From the NCBI GenBank assembly GCA_047967505.1, contig CM106538.1: a stretch of 64,000 nt of DNA; one strand, written 5' to 3'. This stretch comes from Dipteris shenzhenensis (Eukaryota). Every line of letters starts with the position of its first letter. Within the stretch, counting starts at the first letter, position 1. The position numbers and the translations under genes were made by a program. The notes beneath the pieces were generated by a model. That model saw only the letters and a list, made by a program, of their open reading frames with translations. It was not told the origin of the DNA and searched no databases. Positions 12,395-25,022 of this stretch are shown in pieces.

Positions 12395-13536
12395 TGTTGA
12401 TCACTAGTTACACATATATAGGTGAGACCTAGTTCAAGTTAGGGTGACCTATATATAGCTCTAACACCCCCACTGAAACAAAGGTCTCTAGCTACGGATG
12501 AAAAAACCCTTGGGGAGCACAAGGGAAAAACTCGAGCTCCTATATACAAGTATACAAGTTGATCATAGAGTTAAATTAATGCATTTGTACAATTGTTTAC
12601 AAGTATATAATGCAGATGTGCATCTATATACAAATGTTAAGAGTCACCCATAGGTGTGTTAATCTTAGAAGAGAGTGAGAATATCTGCAAGGATCTGAGA
12701 AGTGGACAATGTTCAATCATTATCATCCCTTTCTTCAGTTCATGTCTGACATAATGATAATGAACAACAATATGCTTGGATTTGTTATGCTGGACATAGT
12801 ATTTAGCTCGACTAATGGCACTTTGATTATCACATCTGAGAGGAGTACTGGATGAGGGAGGATGTCTAATATCTGTAAGAAATTGGCACATCCAAACCAA
12901 TTCTCGAGCTACTAGAGAGGCCGCTACATACTCAGATTCTGTGGTAGAAACATCAACGCAACGTTGCTTCTTATTTACTACCATGCAACCATTGATAAAG
13001 AAGCAATTACTGCTTGTAGACCGCATAGAGAAGTGAGAACTTGCCCAATCTACAGTTGTATATCCCAAAAGATAAAGAGACATCACAGAAAATGATTCCA
13101 TATGACGTCAATAAACTAATTCAAAGTCAAAAGTGCCTTTCAAATACTTTAGAACGCGTTTTGCTGTAGACCAATGTTGCATTGAGGGAGCAGCCAGATA
13201 TTGACCTAGAAAATTGGTAGTAAAAAAAATATGGTCGAGTGCTCAACCCAACAAACTGTAGGCAACCAACAAGATTGGCATAGGGTTGATGTGAAACCAC
13301 AACATCATGAGTCGATCGATTATTTTTGATAGAGCTCACAAGACAAGGAATGGTCACAGAGTGAGCATTCATTAAGACAAACTTTTGAACTGCATCTTGA
13401 ATGAATTTTGTTTGTCCAAGTAGCAGAATTCCCTTGTGATGAAATCATTGAACTTGAATACCAAGACATGAATGAATGTCACCAAGATCAACCATATCAA
13501 ATGTTAAGGATAAGATTGTCTTATATAGCTCTAACA
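12395..13536 (-). mobile_element. Internally deleted Ty1/copia element inserted in an LRR last-exon remnant
   Basis: Copia RNase H (12637-13101: STTESEYVAAS...LRCDNQSAI...SKHI) and RT remnants. Both ends share TATATAGCTCTAACA. PPT CCCCC at 12467. TSD GGAAA (12390-94) / AGAAA (13537-41). Confidence 0.85.
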
Positions 13537-14498
13537 AGAAATTCTAGACTATGTGGATCTGTGATTAGAAAGCCATATTGTTAGCATGATCTGGATGTTA
13601 CAACTGCTGCCACCTTTGTTTTTCTTGAGTTTTCACATCAACAAGAGCATGTAGCTTGCGATTGATAATCCATGAGTGTTGAGACATTGGATTTTAGATT
13701 TTTGTAATGTAGCTAGATTTTTGCCCCTTCTAACTGATAACTATCTGCCAAAAAAATGAGTTCTAGCTTCAAGAGCATAGTGTACTAAGGTCGTTAAAGT
13801 TAATTTTGATATAATTTTGGTTAGTTAAGTTCACTAAAATGAGATAAAGGTCACAAAATAGGATACATAAAGGTATCCCCTTAGATTAAGCTCCTAAAGA
13901 ATGGATTCATTGATGCATTGTCTTTGGCAAAATAAGTGATCATTCATTCTAGCTTTAAAGCCATACGTTATGGAAAGTATGACTCATGATGGTGAATCAA
14001 TAGCACTAAACTTCTGGAGGTATATGAACCTCATTAAAAAGGGATAAACAAGAGTTAAGAGATAATAGCTAGAAGAGTTGAGAGAACACCTTTCCTTAAA
14101 CACATTTAATCCATTCTCTACTTTTTATGACATTTTTAGTATGCAAAAAAGAAGGCATGTTATGCTAAATTATTTGACATGGGTTAGTTTTATAATTTAC
14201 GCATCAATATTATTTGACTGACTATAACCCATTTATGTGTTTCATATCTATGTACTTACTTTTGTTTCTAAAGTTCTCATTGTAAGTTTATAACCACTAC
14301 CAACATAGGCAATGTACACTACTAGCCTAACTCTATCAAGTCTCAATGTTGGGTTCCTAGCTTTTGTTTAATTGTTTGTAGATCTCAATATTTTAATGTT
14401 TTAATTGGAATTGGATCTCAAATAAGCCTTACCATTCCTTTTAGTTGGGAAAATGCTTTTGTAGCATTGCATGTGTTGTGTATACATGGCATATAAAG

Positions 14499-14542
14499 TA
14501 TGTGTGCGCGTGTTTGTGTGTGTGCGTGTGTGCGTGTGTGTG

Positions 14543-14573
<31 letters not shown>

Positions 14574-14708
14574 TCTTGGACATGCATGCATGCATGCATG
14601 TGTGCATGTGTGTGTGCTTGTGCATGCATGCATGTGTGCATCAGTGTGTGCATGTGTTTGTGCATGTGTGGATGCATGCATGCGTGTGTGTGTGTGCATG
14701 TGCGTGCA

Positions 14709-14788
<80 letters not shown>

Positions 14789-14795
14789 CGCGCAT
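14499..14795. repeat. Compound (TG)n/(TGCA)n microsatellite
   Basis: Seen directly. Equivalent (CA)n tracts at 29675-29794, 31742-31766 and 37218-37516. Confidence 0.95.
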
Positions 14796-15334
14796 GTATG
14801 TATTTCTTTTTACAAATTATCAAATTAAAAAAGGCAATTGAAAAAGAGAGAAATTTAAACATGTGTAGTATGCGTGCATGCATGCATGCATGTGGTCCTC
14901 TTTGGAGATGGAATCACACTTCAAACTTCGGAGATGAGGCACTATCATTTAAGTGCCAAATGGTACCTCACAGTGAAGGGAATATATATAGAAGGATGTG
15001 AAATATAATTTTGCAAAATACTAGTTGGTACTAGTGTGAGTCAAAATACTGGCTGGCATACTAGTGTCAGGCATACTAGTGTCAGGCACAAATCTCCCTC
15101 ACCTACTCTTACGCATTAAATCACTATTCTTACCCAATGTGAGGTACAATTATCCCTCTACTACTCTTACATTTTGAATAACCACTCTTAGCCAATGTGA
15201 GGCAAAATTAACCCTCCACCACTCTTAATCATTAAACAACTATGTAGATTCTTTGTTGCCTAAGCCCACTATAAACTTCTTCAAAAAATTATCCACAAAG
15301 AGGTGTGGGTCAACATTAGCTTGGGTGTAGCCTT

Positions 15335-18300
15335 TGGCAAACTCACATATACAAAAATAAAGTGAGGTGAGGAGAATGAGACAATATGCAAAATAGTTTT
15401 GCCAATATCAATGATGGGCTATGATTCAATCTCATCCTCAATGCGATCAACCCTTGCCAAACTATCTACTTCAAAATCCAAACTAGTGTTGAGATCTACA
15501 AATACATTCAACCCACTACTACTTGTGTTACACGTGATCATCGAAATCAGCATCACCAATGGTAGGCTTGTCCTCACGGGTAATGGCCTTAATATCTGTA
15601 TCTCCTATCTCATGATCATCCTCCTCTCTCGTATCACAGTCATCATCACCTCCATGGCCATGATCATCCTCCATACGCTCCATATTAGTAATGTACTATA
15701 CATCACTTTGGAACGTGGCGTAATAGGTATGACATGCCACCACCTATTATTATGCACCATTGGTTGATAGACAACCTAATTCAAACACAAATACAATCAT
15801 GTTATTTTCCTTGCATCGAAGCTATCAAATATTTAAAAGTGAGTATTTTTATATGTGTGTACAATACATGTTCACATTGTTGCGGTAGTACTAGTGTGTC
15901 CTTACTACTTTGCCAAAAATTTGTGGAGTCAATAGTTACAAAGCCACTTGCATGGCATTTGATTCTTGCATTAGGTCCTCTTTCCACCATGTCCTTAAAC
16001 CACTTTACATCCAAAACATACACAAAGAAGCGTTGAAAGTCAAGCTTAATAATATCTTGGATTATGCCACAATAATCATCCATGGCTCCATTGGCTTCCT
16101 CAAAGCTAGCAATGATGCCGCAATCTTGTGTGTTTCTCTTATCATCAATCCGTTGTGTTCGAAAATGCTTGCCCTCACACCATATAGCATTGAACATAGT
16201 ATACTACACCAAGACAAAATCAATCAAATAAGCAATCTAAATTGTTGAAAGCTCCTAACTTATGCATAACATTCTATATACCGACCTTGCTCATGCATCC
16301 CCTAGCATACTCCCATTCTTCCATTATGATATGCATCCCCTCATCTTTCTCTGCTCTCTCCATTTCATGAAGTAGCCAATCCACATGAATATCCTTTGGA
16401 AGTGCTCTTAGATGCTGAGGGTATGGCACATGAGATCCATGATGTGTACGAAAGAGGGCCCTTTCTCCTTGTCTTCTTGCCTTTGCATCCTCGTATCTTG
16501 TCACCCATCTTTTCATCACATCACTATTAAGCATACAATAGAGGTTGATATTATTAAGCAACTTCGTGTCTATTACTTTGGTGCGTCCTTTCCCTTGAGG
16601 CACAATAGAGGTCATCCTTAGGTCTTCATCATCTCTCCATAGTCGTGGGAGAGAGCTATCCACATCAACAAGAAACTCAGAAATATATACAAGTGACTCT
16701 TGTACCAACCAACCCTCAGCCATGCTACCTTTGGGTCTTGCATTTTGTCTCATGAAACCCTTCAAGGTCTTCATGAAGTGCTCGAGGAAGAACAACCATC
16801 GTGCATGTATAGTACCGCATATAGCAATCTCATCCACCAAATGCACTATGAGATGTAGTTGATGCAACAAAATGCAATCATTGACGCATGCATGGATGAA
16901 CTTGTAATCTAATCCTCCAAGAGAGGTCACATGTTTCCTTGCCATACCTCTTGAGATCAGTAATTTATTCTCCCTTGGAAGCATTTTACACAATAACCTG
17001 CATGTGAATACCATAAATGAGAAAAAGCATTCGAGTAATTGACCCACTAGCATAATTCACCATGTTTGCAAAATAGACTTTAAAGCTTACTTGAGTAATG
17101 CATTTAAACTTTCATTGCTCCATCCATAGATGGTTTGCAAGTTTAGTAACTCAAGGGAGGCACGTAGAATAGAGAATGTGCACCCCTCAAATAGTGGAGT
17201 CGATGCTGCGATAAAAAGATCGTCCTGCTCCATACTATCATCTCTACCTGAGGACTGATGGACATATAAATCCTGCACCATATCATCAAACACCTCCTCC
17301 TCCACGGCCTCATGAGGTAATGGTGGAGGGCTACTATCAACATCACTCCATGCATTCATAATGGTCCCTCCTGAATATCCCACCTCATATCGTCAATGCT
17401 TTGCCTTCTCATGATGAGCATAGGGCAACATATGCAGGTGTGGCACTGCATCTTGTATCAAATTAAAACGGGATCATAACTCAAACACATGAACACCCAT
17501 AGGTATCTCAATCAACCTTAACTCTCTAACACTTGACATGTTTACGGTCACATCCCATTCTCCATACTTTATGATGTGATTGAGTGTAATTTTACGTGCA
17601 TGATAGATGTTTCCTTAACATCGATCACACATACATTTGATTTTTTGCTCCAACCACATTTCGCGATGGTGGATATGGAGGGATTCATCCTCACTGGAGC
17701 TACTTGTTGAAGATGAAGACATCCTACATATAAACAACCCAAAAATTTTATTCTTGGATGAGTTGTAAATGTTAAAAATCTATGGAGCATCTAAAAGCAC
17801 GTCTAACACCACATCTGTACTATGGAGCATGTCTATAGGCGCATCTAAAACTTACTTTAGATGTGTTAATAGACGTGCACATAGACGCGCTTTTAGATGC
17901 ATAGATAGATGCATAGATAGAGGTGGTGGGAGATGCATGGCAACCTACTTTGGGGGGGGTAGTGGTGGGGACAGGGATGATTCAGATGATGCAGAGGTGT
18001 GCTAGAGGGTGATGGTACGATCTATTATGACATCACTCAGACAGGAGGCATCTTAATGGATGCACGGGGGAAGGACATCATGGCCTTCATGCACTCTGTA
18101 ATTGCTAACAACTATAGAGATTGCTTTATTCACTACAAAGACCATCCAAAAAAGTTGGCTCATGAGACCCTCGTTGCTGTTCGCTCTAGGTATCCCAATC
18201 CCCCCAATGTTTAGTTCATAGATAAATGGGCCAAGTCAAAGATTGTTACAATACTTGGCAATAAAAGATCTTCACTTAAGAGGCAGACACTAGTCAAGAT

Positions 18301-21300
18301 TGCCAGGCTCGAGAGGGAGGTCAACCACCAAGGGGCCAGCCCCATACCACTCACAAGAATGACTGGAAGAAAGCAATGAAGGCAACAAAGGTGGACCCCA
18401 ATCTGCAACACATGGAGGCACGAAGGATCCAAATGGAGCAATATGGAAGCATGCATTTTGGAGCAGGGTGTGTTGAATCATGGGAGGCCCAATTTGTAAG
18501 TATCACAACAACATAAAGCAACTATAGACGCGCTTGGTAGATGCACAAAATAGCGGGCGCATCTATAGGCGTTGCTTTAGTAGAGAAATTACGGGCGCGT
18601 CTAAATGTGCGTCTAAAAGCTCGTCTATTTGCACGTAAATTACCGCATCTACGTGCACATCTGACCTGAGAAAGTATGGGCCCGTCTAACATCCCGTTTA
18701 TTAGCCCGTCTAACATCCCGTTTATTAGCGCGTCTATTTGCGCATTTATTTGCGCATTTACACTGAGAATCAGGCACGCATTTAGACGCGTAAATAGACA
18801 CAAACCAGAGAATATAGAAAGTGAGATTTTGGTGTACATCATTCCTTTCCAAACATTGCCCATGATTACCAAAGCACATAATTTTTTGCAAGCCCACATA
18901 TACAAGAATTAAGTGAGATGAGGAGAATGAGACAATATGTAAAATAGTTTTGCCAATATCAATTATGGGGCTACGGTTCAATCTCATCCTCAATGAGATC
19001 AACCCTTGCCAAACTATCTACTTCAAAATCCAAACAAGTGTTTAGATCTACAAATACATTCAACCCACTACTACTTGTGCCACTCATGTGCTCATCGAAA
19101 TCAGCATATCGAATGGTAGGCTCGTCCTCACGGGTAATGGCCTCAATATCTATATCTCCTATCTCATGATCATCCTCCTCTCTTGTATCACGGTCATCAT
19201 CACGTCCATGGCCATGATCATCCTCCATACACTCCATATTAGTAAATGTACTATACATCACTTTGGAACGTGGCATAATAGGTATGACATGCCACCATCT
19301 ATTATTATCCACCATTGGTTGATAGACAACCTAATTCAAACACAAATACAATCATGTTACTTTTCTTGCATCAAATATTTAAAAGCAAGTATTTTTATAT
19401 GTGTGCACAGTACCTATTCACATTGTTGCGGTAGTACTAGTGTGTCCTTCCTACAAGTTTGCCAAAACTTTGTGGAGTCAATAGTTACAAAGCCACTTGC
19501 ATGGCGTTTGATTGTTGCATTAGGGCCTCTTTCCACCACGTCCTTAAGCCACTTTACATACAAAACATACACAAAGAAGCGTCGAAAGTCAAGCATAATA
19601 ATATCTTGGATTATGCCACAATAATCATCCATGGCTCCATTGGCTCCCTCAAAGCTAGCAATGACGCCGCAATCTTGTGTGTTTCTCTTATCATCAATCC
19701 GTTGGGTTTGAAAATGCTTGCCCTCACACCATATAGCATAGTGCACTACACCAAGAAAAAATCAATTAAATAAGCAATGTAAATTATAAAAAGCTCCTAA
19801 CTTATGCATAACATTCTATATACCGACCTTGCTCATGCATCCCCTAGCATACTCCCATTCTTCCATTGTGATATGCATCCCCTCGTCTTTCTCTGCTTTC
19901 CCCATTTCATCAAGTAGCCAATCCACATGAATATCCTTTGGAAGTGCTCTTAGATGTTGAGGGTATGGCTCACGAGATCCGTGGTGTGTACGAAAGAGGG
20001 CCCTTTCTTCTTGTCTTCTTGCCTTTGCATCCTCGTATCTTGTCACCCATCTTTTCATCACATCACTATTAAGCACGCAAAAGAGGTTGATACTATTATG
20101 CAACTCCGTGTCTATTACTTTGTTGCGTCCTTTCCCTTGAGGCACAATGGAGGTCATCCTTAGGTCTTCATCATCTCTCCATAGTCGTGGAAGAGAGCTA
20201 TCCACATCAACAAGAAACTCAGAAATATATACAAGTGACTCTTGTACCAACCAACCCTCGGCCATGCTACCTTCGGGTCTTGCATTTTGTCTAACGAAGC
20301 CCTTCAAGGTCTTCATGAAGCGCTCAAGAAATAACAACCATCGTGCATGTATAGTACCGCATATAGCAATCTCATCCACCAAATGCACTATGAGATGTAG
20401 TTGGCTTGTGAGAATAGAACGTCGAAATGTCTCCTCCACTAAACAAACCGCCTCCACTGACATAACTCGAGCATTCTCAAGCGTGGTGGGATCTATTTCC
20501 TTTGAGCCCACATACCTCACAAGCTTTCCCATCTTGTAAATACAATCTTTCACGTCCTTCGACGCACTACGTGAAATGCTAGTAGGTAGTATGAACTGAA
20601 CCCGCGAGGAGGTGGTTGATTAGTTGCTTATAGATATTCACTCAGAAATTTGAAAGGAAAAAGATATTATGCATATAAAATACTTACTTGGAGCATCTTG
20701 TGCCAATCATGAGATTTCAAGCCATATAATTGCTCTACACCTCTTTTCTTGCTCTTTGTAAAGGCTCCCTTCAAACACCTCATGCATCCAGTGGACTCAG
20801 AAATTTGAAAGGAAAAAGATATTATGCATATAAAATACTTACTTGGAGCATCTTGTGCCAATTATGAGATTTCAAGCCATATAATTGCTCTACACCTCTT
20901 TTCTTGCTCTTTGTAAAGGCTCCCTTCAAACACCTCATGCATCCAGTGGGAGTATGAATTGTAGTAATAGCGCACTTCACCATTGCCATCTCTAGCTTTG
21001 ATAACATCCATAGTGCATGAGTAAAAAAACACTCCCATTTGGTCTCTCTTGAGGCCAAGCTTCACGCATCCTCCCTGTGGTACATAGATCCTCCCTTATG
21101 CCTGCCGAATCTCGTGTCCCATTCAAATGCTCCCAAATGGTAGATGCCACTTTCTTGAAGATATGCATGGGATCAAGCAGGTGATTGATCTTGAGGTGGG
21201 ACCAATATGGTAAACGATAAAAGATGGAGTATCTAAACAAAATAAAGTGTTAGCATGCAATCTTTACTTTCAGCCAATATAGCCAATCTTTACTTCCAGC

Positions 21301-23723
21301 CAATAGTTACAAACCCTTACCAGCAAGTGGTGGAGGCATGGAGGACCCCAGTCTGCAGCACGTGGAGGCACGAAGGATCTAGATGGAGGAATATGGAAGC
21401 GCGCATTTTGGAGCAGGGGGTGTTGAATCATGGGAGGCCCAATTTGTAAGTATCAATCTCAAATTATGTTGCTTATGTAGTTTATTAGGAGGTTGGTTGT
21501 TTCTTTGTACTAATCCCTCCGCAAAGTGTGTCGCGGTCATGCAGCTTGAGATCGTGGGCAGATACCCTACTCCAGTGGAGACAGCCTACCACCGCCACCA
21601 TCACAGAGGAGATACATGGAGACACTTCTATGATGATGGGTTGATTACTGAGGAGCAGTATACTCGAGCTACTGGAGCGGCCCCCCAAGTATTTGAAAGT
21701 AATTAAATAATGCCAAAATTATAAGTAAAGATTTGATTTTTCATACATTGATATATGTTGTCCCTTGTTTACAGACCCATGCACAAGACGACGAGGAAGA
21801 CGAGGAAGGAGGCGCAGAAGGGAGCACAGAAGGGAGCGTGGAAGGCAGCGAGGATTAGTCGTAGAAGTAGTGCTAGCTACTCTTTTTTGTACTTCAAGCC
21901 ACTGGCTTAGCTTCGTGCCTCTTGTATATAGACTCCTCTTATTTTTTGTACTTGAAGCCACATGACGTGGCTTAGCTTCCTTATTTTTTGTACTTGAAGC
22001 CACATGACGTGGCTTAGCTTCGTGCTATATGTATATACAAGCACTTTTTGAGCTTTCAATTTTATTGTGTTTTGGAGTTGTAATGTTTTATTTGGAATTG
22101 TAATTAAAATGTGGTTGGCTATAAGAATTGAATTACACAATGTGGATATGGGATTCTTGTAACTATATAGCATACACAACATACACAGTATTCTGTAAAA
22201 TTTATTTTTAAAAAAAGCCCGCGTCTATCAATGCGTTTAAAAACGCGTTTATATTCGCGTCTGTCTGTTCGACTTGCGTCTATATGTGCATCTATAAATG
22301 CGTTTATAAGCGTGTCTATTTATGCGTCTAACTGTGTGTCTATACGCGCATGTGCCTGATATATAGATGCGCAATTAGACGTGGGTCTCCAGATGCAAAA
22401 ATAGATGCACAAATAGATGTGCCCGTAAGTTTTTTATTTAGTTCATGAAACGTGTCTGTGCGCACGTCTATGGGTGCTTTGTCTTATTGTGTATTAGTCT
22501 CACATTATATTGTTTATGTAGTTTATTAGGAGGTTGTTTCTTTGTACTAACCGCTCCACAAATTGTGTCATCTTGTACTGCTTAACAGAAGAAGGTGCAT
22601 GTCCTTCTCCATGTAGATGTGTTGCGGGCAGGTACCCTACTCTTGTCGAGATAGCCTACCATCGCCACCATTGCAGAGGAGATACATGGACGCTCTTCTA
22701 TGATGATGGGTTGATTACTAAGGAGCAGTATATCTGGGCTATTGGAGCACCCCCCCAGGTATTTGAAAGTAATTAAATAATGTCAATATTGTAAGTAAAG
22801 ATTTGATTTTTCATACATTAATACATGTTGTTCCTCGTTTACAAGACCTTGCGGTTGATCAGGAGGGAGAAGATGAGAAAGAAGGGAGCAAAGAAGGGAC
22901 CGAAGAAGGGAGTGAGGATGCGAAGAACTTAGACTATTCATAGAAGTACTGCTAGCTACTCTTTTTTGTACTTGAAGCCACTGGCTTAGCTTCGTGCCTA
23001 TCTTGTATATACACTCCTCTTATTTTTTGTACTTGAAGCCACAGGACGTGGCTTGGGTTCGTGCTACATGTACATACAAGCACTTTTTGAGCTATGAATT
23101 AATATACACTCCTTTTATTTTTTTGGCTTTCAATTTCCTTGTGCAACGTTCTATTAATTAATGCCTTGTGAACTAAACGTTTTAGAGTTGTAATGTTTTA
23201 TTCAGAATTGTAATTGTTAACTATAGACGTGCTTGTAATCGTGCTAATTAAAGTGCGGTTGGCTGTAAGAATTGAATTGCATAATGTGGAAATGGGATTC
23301 TTGTAACTACATAGCATACACAACAATGGATTCTTGTAACTACATAACATACACAACATACACAACATTCTATTCAACCACACAAAATTTTGCTTTTATT
23401 AACAAAAAATATTTTGTAGAGCATATATAAGCGTGTCTATAAACACGTTTATGTACACATCTTTATTTTTTTTTAATTTCTAGGAGGGCATCTATTTGCG
23501 CATCTATAGGTGCGTCTATAGGCACGTCTATCTATTTTTTTTAATTTCTAGTAGGGCCTCTATTTGTGCATCTATAGGTGCATCTATATGCGCGTCTGTC
23601 TACTATATAGATGCACCTTTAGATGCGGGTCTGTAGACGTGCCAATAGATGCGCCCGTAAGTTTTTTTTTTAATTATGGAAACGCGTCTATGTGCATGTC
23701 TATACATGCCTTTTCTTGTTGTG
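15335..23723. mobile_element. Outer En/Spm (CACTA-superfamily) element with a CACAA terminus; left end missing
   Basis: Minus-strand transposase pieces: 17087-17383 (PLFEG..SIL..LELLNLQTIYGWSNESLNALL), 16274-17053 (IHACVNDCIL fused to a DUF4218-like HLIVHL...GSMAEGW), 15802-16197 (DUF4216-like). Plus-strand ORF2 from ~17937. TAGACGC-type subterminal repeats. Terminus TCTTGTTGTG at 23714-23723. Confidence 0.85.
18504..22491. mobile_element. Inner non-autonomous En/Spm element (3988 bp) of the same family
   Basis: Termini CACAACAAC...TCTTATTGTG with 3-bp TSD TAT (18501-03 / 22492-94). Transposase pieces 19414-19746, 19816-20553 and 20822-21240 (LYGLKSHDWH, IFYRLPYW..LDPMH) on -. ORF2 3' exons ~21330-21900 on +. 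Confidence 0.92.
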
Positions 23724-23941
23724 AAGGGTGGTATTAGTCAGTATGGTCATTGGTAAATGTGTTAGGAGTTGGTATATACTAACCCCTGTACCAACACATA
23801 TACCGACAACCCTACCCACCATGGATATTTTGATGTCCACACCGACACCTTCCCCGCTTGCCAACTATACCGATGATCTTCATGCCCACAGCTGCGAAGC
23901 ATCGGATGACAGTGTCGGAAAGAGGCCTATTTCTTGAAGTG
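23724..23941. mobile_element. Terminal remnant of a second CACTA family
   Basis: Ends GTGTCGGAAAGAGGCCTATTTCTTGAAGTG. Its reverse complement matches CACTATAAGACATGGGCCTCTTTCTGACAC at 41068. ACCGAC subterminal motifs. Confidence 0.7.
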
Positions 23942-24259
23942 TCTAGGGCTAGATGGATGTAGACTTGAATCCTAGAAAATAATTACTAGATTTCATAGAA
24001 AGGTTTGCATATACATGAGGCATCATATACTGGTGATGGACATGGAGTACTTAGAGACTTGGAAGGGTTGTAGAAATTGAGTAGAAAATCAAGAAGAAGT
24101 ATTTAGACATGCTTGAAAAGTTTGTCAAATGACCTCATAGAAAGGAGAAAGGATACATGAGAAATAAGGGACTTTTAGGTGAACTAAAACATGTAGCATT
24201 GAATCCATGATTACATATATATCCATTACATGCACATATGCTTGGCATAACATTTTGAA

Positions 24260-24960
24260 GATGCAAACGATTATTTTGAGGCTGATCATCCCACAACAAA
24301 TTGAAACTTCTTAAAGATATCCAAAGGCATGGACAAGGAGAGAAGGATGCAAAAAATGTCTACGAGCGAAGACCACCCACGAAAGCATGCCAAATTTTGA
24401 GGAGAGCAAGATGTGATATAAAGAATATGGCTATGAGACCTATGGAAGAAATGGATCATGCAATTAGGCTAGTCTGATAGGCTCTAGATCCTTTGTGCAT
24501 GGTCCACAAACCACTATGAAATGTAGTTTATTATTTGCCATTTTGAAATGTATTTCATTGTTTGCAACTTTGGAAGACTCTTGTTATCATCTCACATTAT
24601 TTTCCATTTTTTAAATGTAGTTCCATGTTTGCCATTTTGGAAGACTCATGTTATCATCTTGCATGACTTTTATTTGTTTTGTAGCTAAAAGTTTCCTTAT
24701 ATTAGTTTGAGTAGAAACTTTTAGCTACAAAATGTAGTTTATTATTTGTCATTTTGAAATGTATTTCATTGTTTGCAATTTTGGAAGACTCTTGTTATCA
24801 TCTCACATTATTTTCCATTTTTTAAATGTAGTTCTGTGTTTGTGATTTTGGAAGACTCATGTTATCATCTTGCATGACTTTTATTTGTTTTGTAGCTAAA
24901 AGTGTTTACTTCTATTTTCTTTACTGGCATTTAATGTCAATGCCATTTCATGGTATGGCT
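24260..24960 (+). repeat. Third, diverged copy of the sequence upstream of the LRR genes
   Basis: GAGGCTGATCAT.CCAC.AC.AAATTGAAACTTCT and GCATGCAATTAG blocks are shared with 10040-10450 and 61990-62400. Confidence 0.75.
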
Positions 24961-25022
24961 TTTGTTCTTGACATGTGCAAGTAGTAGTGTGCATCTAGAA
25001 AAAGTAGCCTCACATAGCCTCA

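Larger units (their letters stand above)
12170..15300 (+). repeat. Segmental duplication unit A (LRR intron 5, exon 6 and 3' flank, plus TG microsatellite)
   Basis: GGTGAGC..GCCACCTGAAAG..GGCATGCATGCTCTCC (12257-12330) matches 63802-63870. The region downstream is the reverse complement of 30450-31640 and of 29230-29680 / 36760-37740. Confidence 0.85.

Noticed and set aside
14401-15001. His/Thr- or Cys/Val-rich ORFs (also 29573-29965)
   Set aside because: Translations of (TG)n/(CA)n microsatellites.
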